A DNA stretch of 64,000 bases. Origin: Deltaproteobacteria bacterium. Lineage in GTDB: Bacteria; JAGRBM01; JAHCIT01. The notes under the pieces were generated by a model. That model worked only from the letters and a program-made list of their open reading frames with translations. It had not been told where the DNA came from and searched no databases. Position numbers and translations under genes: made by a program. The DNA lies in assembly GCA_026129095.1 (NCBI GenBank), contig JAHCIT010000001.1:248245-312244 (forward strand), read 5' to 3'. The stretch's first letter is position 1; each line of letters begins with the position of its first letter. Positions 35,812-45,617 of this stretch are shown here, in pieces.

Positions 35812-36285
35812 TCAGCCGACTAGGTTGTCGAATGCATCAATCACTTCGCGGGGAGCCTGGACAAGTTCGATCAGTACGCCCTCGCCACAGAGAGGCTGCT
35901 CTACGCTTCCCTTCGGATGAATAAAGCAGACGTCGAAACCGGCCGCGCCTTTGCGTATGCCTCCCGGCGTGAAGCGCATTCCCTGTCCTGAAAGCCATTC
36001 GACCGCCTTCGGCAGGTCATCCACCCAGAGGCCAATATGGTTGAGGGCGGGATCATGGACCGCAGGTTTTTTCATGGGATCCACCGGCTGCATCAGATCC
36101 ACTTCGACCTTGAACGGACCACGTCCGGCGACGGTAATATCCTCGTCGACATTTTCCTTTTCGCTGCGATAGGTCCCCGTAACCGGGAGCCCCAGCGTAT
36201 CAACCCAGAGTTTTTTCAGCCGGGCCTTGTCTGTTCCACCAACAGCGATCTGCTGCAACCCCAGAATCCGGAATGGACGTTCCAT
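35812..36285 (-). CDS. VOC family protein, methylmalonyl-CoA epimerase-like
   Basis: [20 protein letters not shown]...GVLIELVQ. Confidence 0.85.
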   Translation of the reverse strand: MERPFRILGLQQIAVGGTDKARLKKLWVDTLGLPVTGTYRSEKENVDEDITVAGRGPFKVEVDLMQPVDPMKKPAVHDPALNHIGLWVDDLPKAVEWLSGQGMRFTPGGIRKGAAGFDVCFIHPKGSVEQPLCGEGVLIELVQAPREVIDAFDNLVG

Positions 36286-36351
36286 GATTACGACTACCTC
36301 ATTCATGGGAATACCGGCCAACTACTAGCCGAGACTGTTGTTAAATTTTAG

Positions 36352-36428
36352 TGGCGGGCCCGGAGGGACTCGAACCCCCGGCCTTCTGGTTCGAAGCCAG
36401 ACGCTCTATCCAGCTGAGCTACGGGCCC
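36352..36428 (-). tRNA. tRNA-Arg(UCG)
   Basis: 77-nt cloverleaf GGGCCCG...CGGGCCC-G-CCA; anticodon arm TCTGG-CTTCGAA-CCAGA; T-loop TTCGAGT. Confidence 0.95.
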
Positions 36429-36489
36429 GGAAAACACCGGCGAGTTGTAGCACGCTGGCCGCTTCCGGCAGAAATCACCCGCCAAACGG

Positions 36490-36547
36490 ACCGGCCCCGT
36501 CCATCGGGACAGGGCCGGTAGCACGATCATTCCCTCGACGGGGAATG
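36490..36547 (-). terminator. Two hairpins after the rpsD stop (possible terminator/processing site)
   Basis: Stems 36490-36519 and 36528-36547; U tract weak. Confidence 0.45.
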
Positions 36548-36549
36548 GC

Positions 36550-37161
36550 TCAGCGCGAATAAAGCTCGACGATCATATGCTCCTGAACGGGAAGCGGGAT
36601 GTCTTCGCGGCGCGGCACGGCAACCAGCGAACCGCCCGGCAGCCCCTGATCAAATGCATAGTAGGCAGGCGGAGCACCGGCGTGGTTTTCCACTGTCTGC
36701 TTGACGAACTCCTTGGCCTTGGACTTGTCCTTTACCGTCACCTTGTCGCCGGGTTTCAAGGTGAAGTTGGGCTTGTCCACCTTCTTGCCGTTCACGAGCA
36801 CATGGCCGTGCAGCACAAGCTGGCGCGCAGCCGACAGGGTCGGCGCCAGATAGAGACGGTACACGGCCACATCAAGACGGCGTTCCAGAAGGGCCAGCAG
36901 GTTTTCGCCCGTGTTCCCCTTCAGGTGACTCGCCTTGATATAGGTATTGAAAAACTGGGCTTCGCGAAGGCCGTAGTAGGCCCGAAGCTTCTGCTTCTCA
37001 CGAAGCTGGAGACCGAAGTTGGAAGTCTTGCGGCGCTGCATCCTGGGCCCGTGCTGCCCCGGTGCATAGGCACGGCGCAGTGACGGACACTTGGGGCTTC
37101 CCCAGATGCAGCTTCCGAGCGTACGGCACAGACGGTGCCGCCCGGTGGCGTTCTTGGACAT
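36550..37161 (-). CDS. rpsD: 30S ribosomal protein S4
   Basis: PGQHG, QLREKQKL, LERRLD, ARQLVLHGHVLVNG, IVELYSR. Confidence 0.97.
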   Translation of the reverse strand: MSKNATGRHRLCRTLGSCIWGSPKCPSLRRAYAPGQHGPRMQRRKTSNFGLQLREKQKLRAYYGLREAQFFNTYIKASHLKGNTGENLLALLERRLDVAVYRLYLAPTLSAARQLVLHGHVLVNGKKVDKPNFTLKPGDKVTVKDKSKAKEFVKQTVENHAGAPPAYYAFDQGLPGGSLVAVPRREDIPLPVQEHMIVELYSR

Positions 37162-37348
37162 CGTTCAAACACTCCCTTGCGCGTTGGTGAACACCGCCGG
37201 ATATCGCCTTCTTCGGACAGAAGCCGCTTCCGGGGCGGGCGGCCCCGCTTATTTTCTGCAGAATCCATCTGCCGATTGGGCCGCCGGAAGTTATGTCGGG
37301 CGCGACCATAGACAGTCGGGGGAAGGGAGTAAAGGTATCCTCACCAAA

Positions 37349-37485
37349 TCTCATTTTGGACTGTCTCAATTTGAGAATCTATCCCTATTTCTCATTTTGG
37401 GACACACTACCACACCCGCTAAAACCAGCTAACTATTTGAAATTAAAACATAAATACCGGTTTATTCGTCTGGCACACCCCATGC
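37349..37485 (+). promoter_or_regulatory. Sigma54 promoter with IHF-like site and three upstream activator-like repeats
   Basis: TGGCAC-N5-ATGC at 37471-37485 (GG-N10-GC); TAACTATTTGAAA at 37430; TCTCAWTTTG repeats at 37349, 37364 and 37390. Confidence 0.7.
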
Positions 37486-37539
37486 GTTAGCACCACAGAA
37501 CCGGAGGGCGTCCCCGCTCCGGCAGAGGGAAAGACAACC

Positions 37540-38208
37540 ATGACACTCAGCCGCCACAAAATGAAAGCGATCTTCGGACTTACGATAGGGCTCGTCCTCG
37601 CCACTGGATGCGCCCGCCCCGTACCCCGGAGCATGGTGTCCGGCACCTGGCTGCCGCCCGCTCAGGGCCGCGAGGACTCCCGCGCCCGGGCTGCTGCCGA
37701 CGAAGCAATCGCCCGAAACCTGCCCGGCATCAACCTCTCGCGCCAGACGGTTGTTGCCGGCACCTGGCCGCAGGCCAAGGCCGTGCTCGGTGAGTTCACC
37801 TTCGCCAATATCCCAATGTCGACCTTCGACGAATCGACTCTCGTTCAGGCCCGGTTTGTCCGGACCGATTTACGGCAAAGCTCCTTTCAGAGCGCCGACC
37901 TGCGCTGGGCAAACTTTGCCCGCGCCGAACTTGAACTCGTCCGTTTCGACAACGCCAATCTCGCCAAGGCGACCCTGCGCGGAGCAAACCTCCGCCGGGC
38001 CGTGCTCTCCGGAGCTGACCTTCGGGGCGCGGATCTCCGCGGAGCTGATCTCACGGGCGCCATCCTCACCGGCACGAACCTTGGCCGGGCGGATCTTACG
38101 GGCGCCATCCTCACCGGTGCGGTGCTCCAGGACGTGAACATGTCCGGCGCCAAGATCGGTGCCCGCACGGTGGGCGAACACACAGTAATTACGACCGCGT
38201 CCCGCTAA
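37540..38208 (+). CDS. Pentapeptide-repeat lipoprotein
   Basis: Lipobox LATGC; long A(D/N)Lxx repeat tract. Confidence 0.88.
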   Translation: MTLSRHKMKAIFGLTIGLVLATGCARPVPRSMVSGTWLPPAQGREDSRARAAADEAIARNLPGINLSRQTVVAGTWPQAKAVLGEFTFANIPMSTFDESTLVQARFVRTDLRQSSFQSADLRWANFARAELELVRFDNANLAKATLRGANLRRAVLSGADLRGADLRGADLTGAILTGTNLGRADLTGAILTGAVLQDVNMSGAKIGARTVGEHTVITTASR

Positions 38209-38238
38209 GGACGCAACAGGTCGGTGGGCAATGGGTGG

Positions 38239-38273
38239 CTCCCCGCTTCCGTGAGGAAGCGGGGAGTTTTTTT
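38239..38273 (+). terminator. Intrinsic terminator
   Basis: CTCCCCGCTTCC-GTGA-GGAAGCGGGGAG-TTTTTTT. Confidence 0.92.
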
Positions 38274-38374
38274 GAGCCCAGCCAGAGATCAACTTTTTCT
38301 TGCCAAAATGACACGCGTGTCAGTAATCTGGACGGCGCCTGTACTCGCGGGCGTGACGATGGAGGGTTTGCGTC

Positions 38375-39925
38375 ATGGCGGAATCAAAACGAACAAAGAC
38401 GGCGGGCCGGGGCCTGGAGACTCCCCCCAGCGATATCCCGTTCCCGTCGGTAGCGATCATCGGGTCCGGGTTCGGCGGCCTGTGCATGGCGATCAAGCTG
38501 AAAGAGGCGGGCTTTCAGGCCATCACGATCTTCGAGAAGGCGGACCGGGTAGGCGGCACCTGGCGGGACAACAGTTATCCCGGCGCGGCGTGTGATGTGC
38601 CATCGCATCTTTACTCGTTCTCGTTTGAACCGAAGTCCGACTGGTCGCGGGCGTTCCCCGAACAATCCGAAATCCTCGGCTACATCGACCACGTTGCGGA
38701 CAAATACAACTTGCGGCCGCATATCCGGTTCCGGACAGAAGTTACCGCCGCCGAGTTTGATGAAGCCAAGGGCCTCTGGCGGATCGAGACCATCACAGGT
38801 AGCTCCGAAAACAATGGCTCCAGGGGCCGTCATGAAACCCACTTTGCCCATGTGCTCGTGTCTGCCTGCGGACAGCTCAACCGGCCGGCCTATCCGGATA
38901 TTCCGGGACTCGACCGGTTCGAGGGTGTGCAGTTCCACTCGGCCCGCTGGAACCATCAACACAGTCTGAAAGGGCGCAAGGTGGCGGTGATCGGTACGGG
39001 TGCGAGCGCGATACAGTTCGTTCCGCCAGTGGCAGAGCAGGCAGGCCAGCTCCATGTCTTCCAGCGCACGCCGACATGGATCCTGCCCAAACCCGACCGG
39101 CCGTACATGAACTACGAAAAGCGGCGGTTCCGCAAGTTCCCTGCCTGGCGCGAGACCTACCGCAACTGGCTTTACTGGAGTCTGGAGGCGCGATTTGCGG
39201 CGTTGAATCAGGGAAGCGTGCTGGGCGAGATGGTCAAGCGTGCCGCCCTTGAACACCTGGATTCACAGGTAAAATGGCCGCTCCTCAAGAAAGCCCTGAC
39301 CCCTGATTACGAACTTGGATGCAAGCGCATTCTCATCTCCAATGACTACTACCCGGCAATCCAGCGGCCGAATGTGGCGCTGATCACCACGCCGGTCGAA
39401 CGGTTTACGAAAAACTCTGTTGTGGACCGGGATGGCCGGTCGTACGATGTAGACACGGTCATTTTCGGCACCGGTTTCGAGACCACCGGATTTCTCGCCC
39501 CGATACGGATCACCGGTCTTGGGGGCCAAAGTCTGAAGGAAGCCTGGAAAGACGGCGCAGAGGCTTTTCTGGGCGTCACGGTGGCGGGATTTCCCAACCT
39601 TTTCATGCTTTACGGGCCGAATACGAATCTGGGCCACAACTCGATCCTGTTCATGATCGAGTGCCAGGTTCACTACGCCATCCAGTGCATCCGGCGGCTC
39701 GTGGACCGGCGGCTCAAATACCTGCATCCCGATCCGGACCGGCAACGCGAATACAACGAATGGGTACAGGCTGAACTGAAAAAGCGCGTCTGGGCGACCG
39801 GTTGCCACAGCTGGTACGTGAATGAAAAGGGTAAAAACACAAACAACTGGCCCACCTACACCGTTTCTTACTGGCGCAAGACCCGCCAGGTGGATTTCTC
39901 GGCCTATCGAAGCGAAGCGCGGTAG
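38375..39925 (+). CDS. Baeyer-Villiger/flavin-containing monooxygenase
   Basis: GSGFGG, GGTWRDNSYPG, FEGVQFHSARW fingerprint, GTGASA. Confidence 0.93.
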   Translation: MAESKRTKTAGRGLETPPSDIPFPSVAIIGSGFGGLCMAIKLKEAGFQAITIFEKADRVGGTWRDNSYPGAACDVPSHLYSFSFEPKSDWSRAFPEQSEILGYIDHVADKYNLRPHIRFRTEVTAAEFDEAKGLWRIETITGSSENNGSRGRHETHFAHVLVSACGQLNRPAYPDIPGLDRFEGVQFHSARWNHQHSLKGRKVAVIGTGASAIQFVPPVAEQAGQLHVFQRTPTWILPKPDRPYMNYEKRRFRKFPAWRETYRNWLYWSLEARFAALNQGSVLGEMVKRAALEHLDSQVKWPLLKKALTPDYELGCKRILISNDYYPAIQRPNVALITTPVERFTKNSVVDRDGRSYDVDTVIFGTGFETTGFLAPIRITGLGGQSLKEAWKDGAEAFLGVTVAGFPNLFMLYGPNTNLGHNSILFMIECQVHYAIQCIRRLVDRRLKYLHPDPDRQREYNEWVQAELKKRVWATGCHSWYVNEKGKNTNNWPTYTVSYWRKTRQVDFSAYRSEAR

Positions 39926-40020
39926 TCATATTTCCTGAAACTGCTCTATTTACAGCCAGTTAAGAACAGTTAATCCTTTTCTTTCTTTGCCCGGTTTGGC
40001 TGGCAACCGCAGTCTCGATA

Positions 40021-40037
40021 TGTATACTGTATACAGT
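40021..40037. promoter_or_regulatory. Palindromic operator, GntR-like
   Basis: TGTATAC-T-GTATACA overlapping ACTGTATACAGT in the intergenic region. Confidence 0.5.
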
Positions 40038-40174
40038 TCTGGATAAGCACAGGCTGACTGTCCTGAAGCATCCGAACTGACGGCCCGGTCCTTGGCAATG
40101 GCGGCAGAAATCGTCTAGTTGACCAGCGGCTTGGCCGACCTCAAAAACTGCAAGGCCCCTCTTATAAAGGAGAG

Positions 40175-40978
40175 ATGGAAACCATGAGTTACAAACCCTC
40201 ACGCCGACAGTTCATGGGCCACACCGTGGCTGCTACCGCTGGCACTTTCGTGCTGATCGAGATCGCCCACCCCAACCTCAGCTGGGGACAGGAAGGCAAA
40301 TACAAGGCCGGCAAGGTGAACAATCCGGCCACGGTCGCTGGCGCGGTAACCTTCAAGGGCACGGCTCCGAAGGCGATCATGCGCGCGGTCACCGACAGCT
40401 TCGAAGTGGCGGGCAAGGAACCCCGCCAGTGGGAAGGCCTGAACCTCGGCGCGGGCAACACCGTCAAGGATGCCGTCGTGATGATCAACAAGATCCCCGA
40501 GGGCAAGGCGTTCAGCGAAGGCAAGCATGTGACCTGGGTTGAAAAGGCCGATATTCACCCGCGCTCGGAAGGCTTTGGTCTCTCCGGCCCCACGTCCGTC
40601 GATGTGGAAAACAGGGATCCGATCTTCCACTCGTGGATTCTCATGCTGGGCCGCCGGCAGGTGGCCAACGTCCCGCACCCGAACAAGGACGTGAAGCAGA
40701 TCAAGATCGACAAACCCGGCCTGTATGAAATGCGCTGTGGTCCACATCCCTGGGAGCGCGCTTTCCGTATGGTTGTACCGCACCCCTACTATGCCAACAC
40801 CAGCAAGGACGGAAAGTTCGAGATCAAGGACGTTCCGGCTGGCTCCTACGAAGCGGTGGCCTGGGCCGAGGGGTTCAATCCCAAGAAGATCCCGATTACG
40901 GTGACGGCTGGCAGCACCTCCTTTAACGTGGAGTTCACCGACGCGGATATCACCGAGGACCTGAAGAAGGGCGGCTGA
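40175..40978 (+). CDS. Tat-exported protein with cupredoxin-like and carboxypeptidase-regulatory-like domains
   Basis: SRRQFM Tat motif; N.DPIFH...CGPHPW; GKFEIKDVPAGSY. Confidence 0.7.
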   Translation: METMSYKPSRRQFMGHTVAATAGTFVLIEIAHPNLSWGQEGKYKAGKVNNPATVAGAVTFKGTAPKAIMRAVTDSFEVAGKEPRQWEGLNLGAGNTVKDAVVMINKIPEGKAFSEGKHVTWVEKADIHPRSEGFGLSGPTSVDVENRDPIFHSWILMLGRRQVANVPHPNKDVKQIKIDKPGLYEMRCGPHPWERAFRMVVPHPYYANTSKDGKFEIKDVPAGSYEAVAWAEGFNPKKIPITVTAGSTSFNVEFTDADITEDLKKGG

Positions 40979-41011
40979 TTCCAGCCCGTTTTCCGGCTAG
41001 ACCTGTGATCA

Positions 41012-41057
41012 GGAACCACCCCGTCTCTTGGCTGAGTCGGGGCGGTTCCGTTTTTTT
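41012..41057 (+). terminator. Intrinsic terminator
   Basis: GGAACCACCCCG...CGGGGCGGTTCC-G-TTTTTTT. Confidence 0.75.
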
Positions 41058-41113
41058 GGCGGCCCCTATTTTCCTGTAGACAAGGCTACCCCGGCTTTGG
41101 TAGCAAGTGTGCC

Positions 41114-42451
41114 ATGCAAACACTTGTCTCTCGTTTGAGAACTTCTTTCGCACTGGGCGCCTTCGTGGCGCTTTTCTTTTCAATGGCTGTCAGCCCCGTC
41201 AACGCCGATGACGGGAAGGTGGGATGGAAGGATGGCTTCAGCCTGCGGACATCCACCGATACGGCAGAGTTCCGGGTAGGTGGCCGTATCCAGCTTGATT
41301 CGGCATTCATCGCAACCAGCCATGAAATGCGCGCCGCCAATGGTTCGCCCGTCACCGATCATTTTGGTTTCCGGAGAGCCCGGCTCTACATCGACATCAC
41401 CCTGCACAAGCACGTGGAGATGCGGCACGAAATCGAAACCTCCCGCGGCAACCTCCAGTTCGCCGATGCCTATGTAGGTCTCAAGGGCGGACCGGCCGGG
41501 CTCGGCCTTCGCCTCGGCCATTTCAAGGAGCCATTTGGACTCGAGGAGATGACCAGTGCCAATTTCCACCCGTTCCTGGAACGAAGTGTTGGCAACGCTT
41601 TTGCACCGGTCCGGAATCTCGGCGCCATGGTTTACATGGACAAAATCCATGACAGCAAAATTACTGCCTGGCTCGGGGTCTTTCGTACGGCCGACGACAA
41701 AGGGCTCTTCGGTGACGACATGACCGAATCGAAGGATACCGATTACAGCCTTACCGGCCGGATCACAGCCGCGCCGCTGCTAGAAAACGGCGGTGAGAAG
41801 ATATTTCATCTCGGATTCGGTTACAGCCGCCGGGAATACCACTCGAATACGACGAGTCTTTCCACACGGCCTGAGACGGGTTTCTTCTACCTGACAACTC
41901 CGGCAGGGCCCGGTACACCCCCGGTCCCGCCCGCCGCACGGGTCAATGGGACCATCCTGAATACGGGAGATATCGCTACAGCCAGCGGCAATGTACAGTG
42001 GGGGCAACTGTTCGGCTTCGAGGGGGCTGTCGGCATCGGACCGGTATCATTACGAAGCGAATACCACCTCAACATGCTCGATACGGCCACCGGGAACCGG
42101 TATTTCTATGGTTTCCATGCACTCGGGAGCGTGTTTTTGACTGGAGAGCATCACCCCTACGCACGTGGCCGGTTCGTACGCCCGAAACCCAAAACTGCCG
42201 CCTTCGATGACGGTATTGGTGCGATCGAGCTGGCGCTCCGCTATTCGCGGCTGGACCTGAACGACGGCCCGGTCACCGGGGGCCACGTCAATACGTTTGG
42301 CGTGGCACTGAACTGGTATCTGAACCCCAACACCCGCTTCGGTGCGAACTACATCCATGCCCACACATCACGCACTGGCACACCCGTTTCCGGGCAGCGG
42401 GTGCCGGGTTATGTGAATGCGGTCGTGGCCCGGTTCCAGGTGGATATCTGA
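41114..42451 (+). CDS. OprO/OprP family porin
   Basis: GGRIQLD, FRRARL, GHFKEPFGLEEMTS, FLERS, LNWYLN. Confidence 0.9.
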   Translation: MQTLVSRLRTSFALGAFVALFFSMAVSPVNADDGKVGWKDGFSLRTSTDTAEFRVGGRIQLDSAFIATSHEMRAANGSPVTDHFGFRRARLYIDITLHKHVEMRHEIETSRGNLQFADAYVGLKGGPAGLGLRLGHFKEPFGLEEMTSANFHPFLERSVGNAFAPVRNLGAMVYMDKIHDSKITAWLGVFRTADDKGLFGDDMTESKDTDYSLTGRITAAPLLENGGEKIFHLGFGYSRREYHSNTTSLSTRPETGFFYLTTPAGPGTPPVPPAARVNGTILNTGDIATASGNVQWGQLFGFEGAVGIGPVSLRSEYHLNMLDTATGNRYFYGFHALGSVFLTGEHHPYARGRFVRPKPKTAAFDDGIGAIELALRYSRLDLNDGPVTGGHVNTFGVALNWYLNPNTRFGANYIHAHTSRTGTPVSGQRVPGYVNAVVARFQVDI

Positions 42452-42532
42452 CCAAAGGCACCGGGCATCCGGGCTACTCCGGTCCCACTCCCGGCGCTAG
42501 GCTTTTGCATCACCCGCCGGGAGAGATGCCCA

Positions 42533-43150
42533 GTGCCTGCGAGCGATGACAAGAAACCGGAACTGATCGTCAGCACCGATACCCTGCGGGAAGAGCGCGT
42601 ACCTCCCGGTCAGCGCGAGACCCGTGCATGGCCTGTCCTGCACTATGGTGATGTACCCGGATTCGACAAGGCCAGATGGGATTTCCGTGTGTTCGGCGAA
42701 GTCAGCACACCCCTGAGGTTTTCGTTCGACGAATTCTTCGCGCTCCCCCGGCTACAGGTGAAGTGTGATATTCACTGCGTCACGACCTGGAGCAAGCTTG
42801 GCATGCTCTGGGAGGGAGTGCCGGTAAGGTTCCTGATGGAAAAATCCGGGGTAAAGCCCACGGCAAAATATGTTCTGGCCCACTGCGAGCAGGGGTTTAC
42901 TGCCAACATCCCGCTTTCCGACTTTACTGAGCCCGACGTGATCTGCGGAATGAAGGCAGATGGCAAGGATCTCACTCCCGAGCACGGTTACCCACTCCGT
43001 CTGCTCGTACCCAAGCTCTATTTCTGGAAATCGGCCAAATGGCTCCGGGGCATCGAGTTCCTGGAGAAAGACCAGCCCGGCTTCTGGGAACAGAACGGCT
43101 ACCACATGCGCGGTGACCCGTGGACCGAGGAACGGTACCGGACCTACTGA
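42533..43150 (+). CDS. Sulfite oxidase-like molybdopterin oxidoreductase
   Basis: PPGQ...WPVLH, DIHCVTTWS, EHGYPLRL, WKSAKW, GFWE..GYH. Confidence 0.9.
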   Translation: MPASDDKKPELIVSTDTLREERVPPGQRETRAWPVLHYGDVPGFDKARWDFRVFGEVSTPLRFSFDEFFALPRLQVKCDIHCVTTWSKLGMLWEGVPVRFLMEKSGVKPTAKYVLAHCEQGFTANIPLSDFTEPDVICGMKADGKDLTPEHGYPLRLLVPKLYFWKSAKWLRGIEFLEKDQPGFWEQNGYHMRGDPWTEERYRTY

Positions 43151-43151
43151 A

Positions 43152-44048
43152 TCAATCGCCGTTCAGAACCCGGATCAGCGGGTAGAGCTCCGAATATGAT
43201 CCAAACCGGATACGCGGCATGGCCAGCACGTTTTCCTTTTCGGATACAAGAGGCGGGAAGCCATCCGGCCGGTGCCGGTTTATTTCCACCAGACGGTCCG
43301 CACTAACGGCCTCTTTCATACTGAACCCGATGACACCACGGTGCTTGTCGTAGCTGATGGAATCGAGTTTCCGGTAGAATGACGTCACGAACGACACTGC
43401 TTCCGACGCCGAAGGCGCCACGTAGATCAAATCCATGTCGCTGGGGCTGATAACGCCACGTTCCGACATGATGCGCATATCCTCGATCAGGCCATTCCAG
43501 ATGTCCCTTCCGCCCAGCAGAATCAGCGGAGCCAGCGGCATTTTCCCGGTCTGGATAAGGCACGCCACCTCCCACAACTCGTCACGGGTTCCGAAACCAC
43601 CCTCCCCCAGAATGAACGCCTTGGACCGGAATACGAGAAAATACTTGCGGATGAAAAAATAGTGGAAATCGACCGCCACTCCGACGTAGGGGTTAAAACT
43701 CTGCTCATGGGGAAGCGTAATCCCGCAGCCAATGGAGTAGTGGGCCGGATCCTCGCCTTTTTCTTTTGCCACCTCCCATGCTCCACGGTTGGCAGCTTCC
43801 ATCACACCGGCCGCGCCTCCAGTGACGACGCCATACCCCGCTCTTGCCAGCAGCGCACCCAGCTTGCGGTTCTCCTCGTAACTTGAATGATCGGAGGGCA
43901 GCCGGGCCGAACCGAATACCGTCACGTAGGGTTTTTCCTCATACGGAGCGAGTATCTCGTTCGCGAGCATGAATTCAGCCAGTATCCGGGTTCCCCGGAC
44001 CGGGTAGCCGGTGCCGAATTCGATGTAATTCTTCATATGTTCGCGCAT
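43152..44048 (-). CDS. LOG family protein
   Basis: VTVFGSAR, TGG..GVMEAANRGA, YFFIRK, GGFGTRDE. Confidence 0.88.
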   Translation of the reverse strand: MREHMKNYIEFGTGYPVRGTRILAEFMLANEILAPYEEKPYVTVFGSARLPSDHSSYEENRKLGALLARAGYGVVTGGAAGVMEAANRGAWEVAKEKGEDPAHYSIGCGITLPHEQSFNPYVGVAVDFHYFFIRKYFLVFRSKAFILGEGGFGTRDELWEVACLIQTGKMPLAPLILLGGRDIWNGLIEDMRIMSERGVISPSDMDLIYVAPSASEAVSFVTSFYRKLDSISYDKHRGVIGFSMKEAVSADRLVEINRHRPDGFPPLVSEKENVLAMPRIRFGSYSELYPLIRVLNGD

Positions 44049-44332
44049 GGATGGTCTCCTTGTCTGACCCGCTGATATCACCAAAAGGCATGTGATTTCA
44101 GCCGATTATACCCTAACGCAATGGTCAAAACCGGCTCTGGCAGGAGCAACTACGTGAAGCCTTGTGAACAGCCTTATCCGGCGGCTTCTCCCCGCCAACA
44201 GGAGGGGATATGCTCAAGATTAATTATCTGGAACGCAACATCCGCTGCCGGGATGAATACAGGCGGGTGATTGTTCTGGCCCGGGCGGTGGTTGCCTACT
44301 TGTAGCTGCTTCGGGAGGGAGAACGAATCCAC

Positions 44333-45043
44333 GTGATGTCTCGTATTCTGCCCACTATTGCCGTGCTGCTGCTGGCACCGTTGCCGCTCAATGCGGAAGG
44401 CTTTTCCCTGCTGTTTCCGGATAGCCACATCACACCCGGCCATCTGCTTCGTATCGGCGCGCAGGCTTTCGATGACGATGGCCTTGAAGAACGCCGCCCT
44501 TCGTCATCTCTGATGGAGTACGCCGATGAGCTCACGTGGGGACCGGAAGCAGGAGATGTGGAAATCTCACCTGCTTTCTCGCTGATCGGCGACAGTTTCG
44601 ATGCAGGCGAGAATGTCAGCTTCACCGGCCAGATTTTTGCCGGCATCAACGTCACTCCGATATTCCAGGTTGGCCTCTCGGCGATGTATACGAATTTCAA
44701 GGGCCGCGATCCCGTGCAGCCCGGACCGCCGCCGACACAATCAACCACTGGCGCCACTCACACGCTTCTGTTCATGCCAACCATGCGGGTGCATTTCATT
44801 TTCGACAAGGAAGCGCGTTTCGATCCCTACGTCCAGTTTGCCCTGGGTGGAGGGCGTATTTTCCCCAGGGGAGATAACGGCGGCGCGTTCGTCTTTGGCC
44901 CTGGTGGCGGGATCCGGACTTTTGTCATTCCCAAGGCAGCCCTTGATCTCCGGTTCGAATACCTGTTCGTCTACTCGCGTGAAGATTACGAATCGATGCG
45001 CTTCATGCTGGGAGCGGCTTTTCTCTACGATTGGTTGAAATAG
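44333..45043 (+). CDS. Outer-membrane beta-barrel protein
   Basis: Signal peptide; FDPYV...GGG, GPGGGIR and LRFEY strands. Confidence 0.6.
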   Translation: MMSRILPTIAVLLLAPLPLNAEGFSLLFPDSHITPGHLLRIGAQAFDDDGLEERRPSSSLMEYADELTWGPEAGDVEISPAFSLIGDSFDAGENVSFTGQIFAGINVTPIFQVGLSAMYTNFKGRDPVQPGPPPTQSTTGATHTLLFMPTMRVHFIFDKEARFDPYVQFALGGGRIFPRGDNGGAFVFGPGGGIRTFVIPKAALDLRFEYLFVYSREDYESMRFMLGAAFLYDWLK

Positions 45044-45047
45044 CAGT

Positions 45048-45605
45048 TCAGTCTTCTGCCGGCGTCTTCAGCAGCGACGGAAGCACGTATTTCTCGAATT
45101 CGGTGACCTGCGTGATTGACCGGGTATCTTCCGTCCGGTCCAGCCACAGTATCCCGTCCAGATGATCACATTCGTGCTGGATGGCACGTGCCAGGAAACC
45201 GGACACCTCCAGATGACACCTCTCTCCGCCGGGAATCCGAAAGGTAGCCGACAAGTCTGTCCAGCGGGACACCTTGCCACGAAGACCATCGATCGAGAGA
45301 CATCCTTCCCAGTCCAGGTCACGTCCGTTTCCCGTGGGCGTCAGAACCGGGTTCACGAGGACCAGTTCACCGGTCGATTCGATGTAGGGGTACCGGGGAT
45401 TGGGCCTAATATCGAGCACAACCACGCGCACCAGCTCACCCACCTGAGGCGCCGCCAGTCCTACCCCACGCGCAGCGCGCATGGTCTCGAACATGTCCGA
45501 TATCAGTTCTTTCAGTTGCGGAGACTGAAGTTCATCCTCTGCGAGTTCACGCGAACGCTCACGCAGAAGGGGGTTACCAATCTTGAGAATCTCGCGGATG
45601 GCCAT
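45048..45605 (-). CDS. def: Peptide deformylase
   Basis: GVGLAAPQ, EGCLS, QHECDHLDG. Confidence 0.96.
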   Translation of the reverse strand: MAIREILKIGNPLLRERSRELAEDELQSPQLKELISDMFETMRAARGVGLAAPQVGELVRVVVLDIRPNPRYPYIESTGELVLVNPVLTPTGNGRDLDWEGCLSIDGLRGKVSRWTDLSATFRIPGGERCHLEVSGFLARAIQHECDHLDGILWLDRTEDTRSITQVTEFEKYVLPSLLKTPAED

Positions 45606-45617
45606 ACCAGCAGCTTA

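Noticed and set aside
36352-36428. tRNA as an island integration site
   Set aside because: No integrase, and I saw no duplicate of the tRNA 3' end in the window
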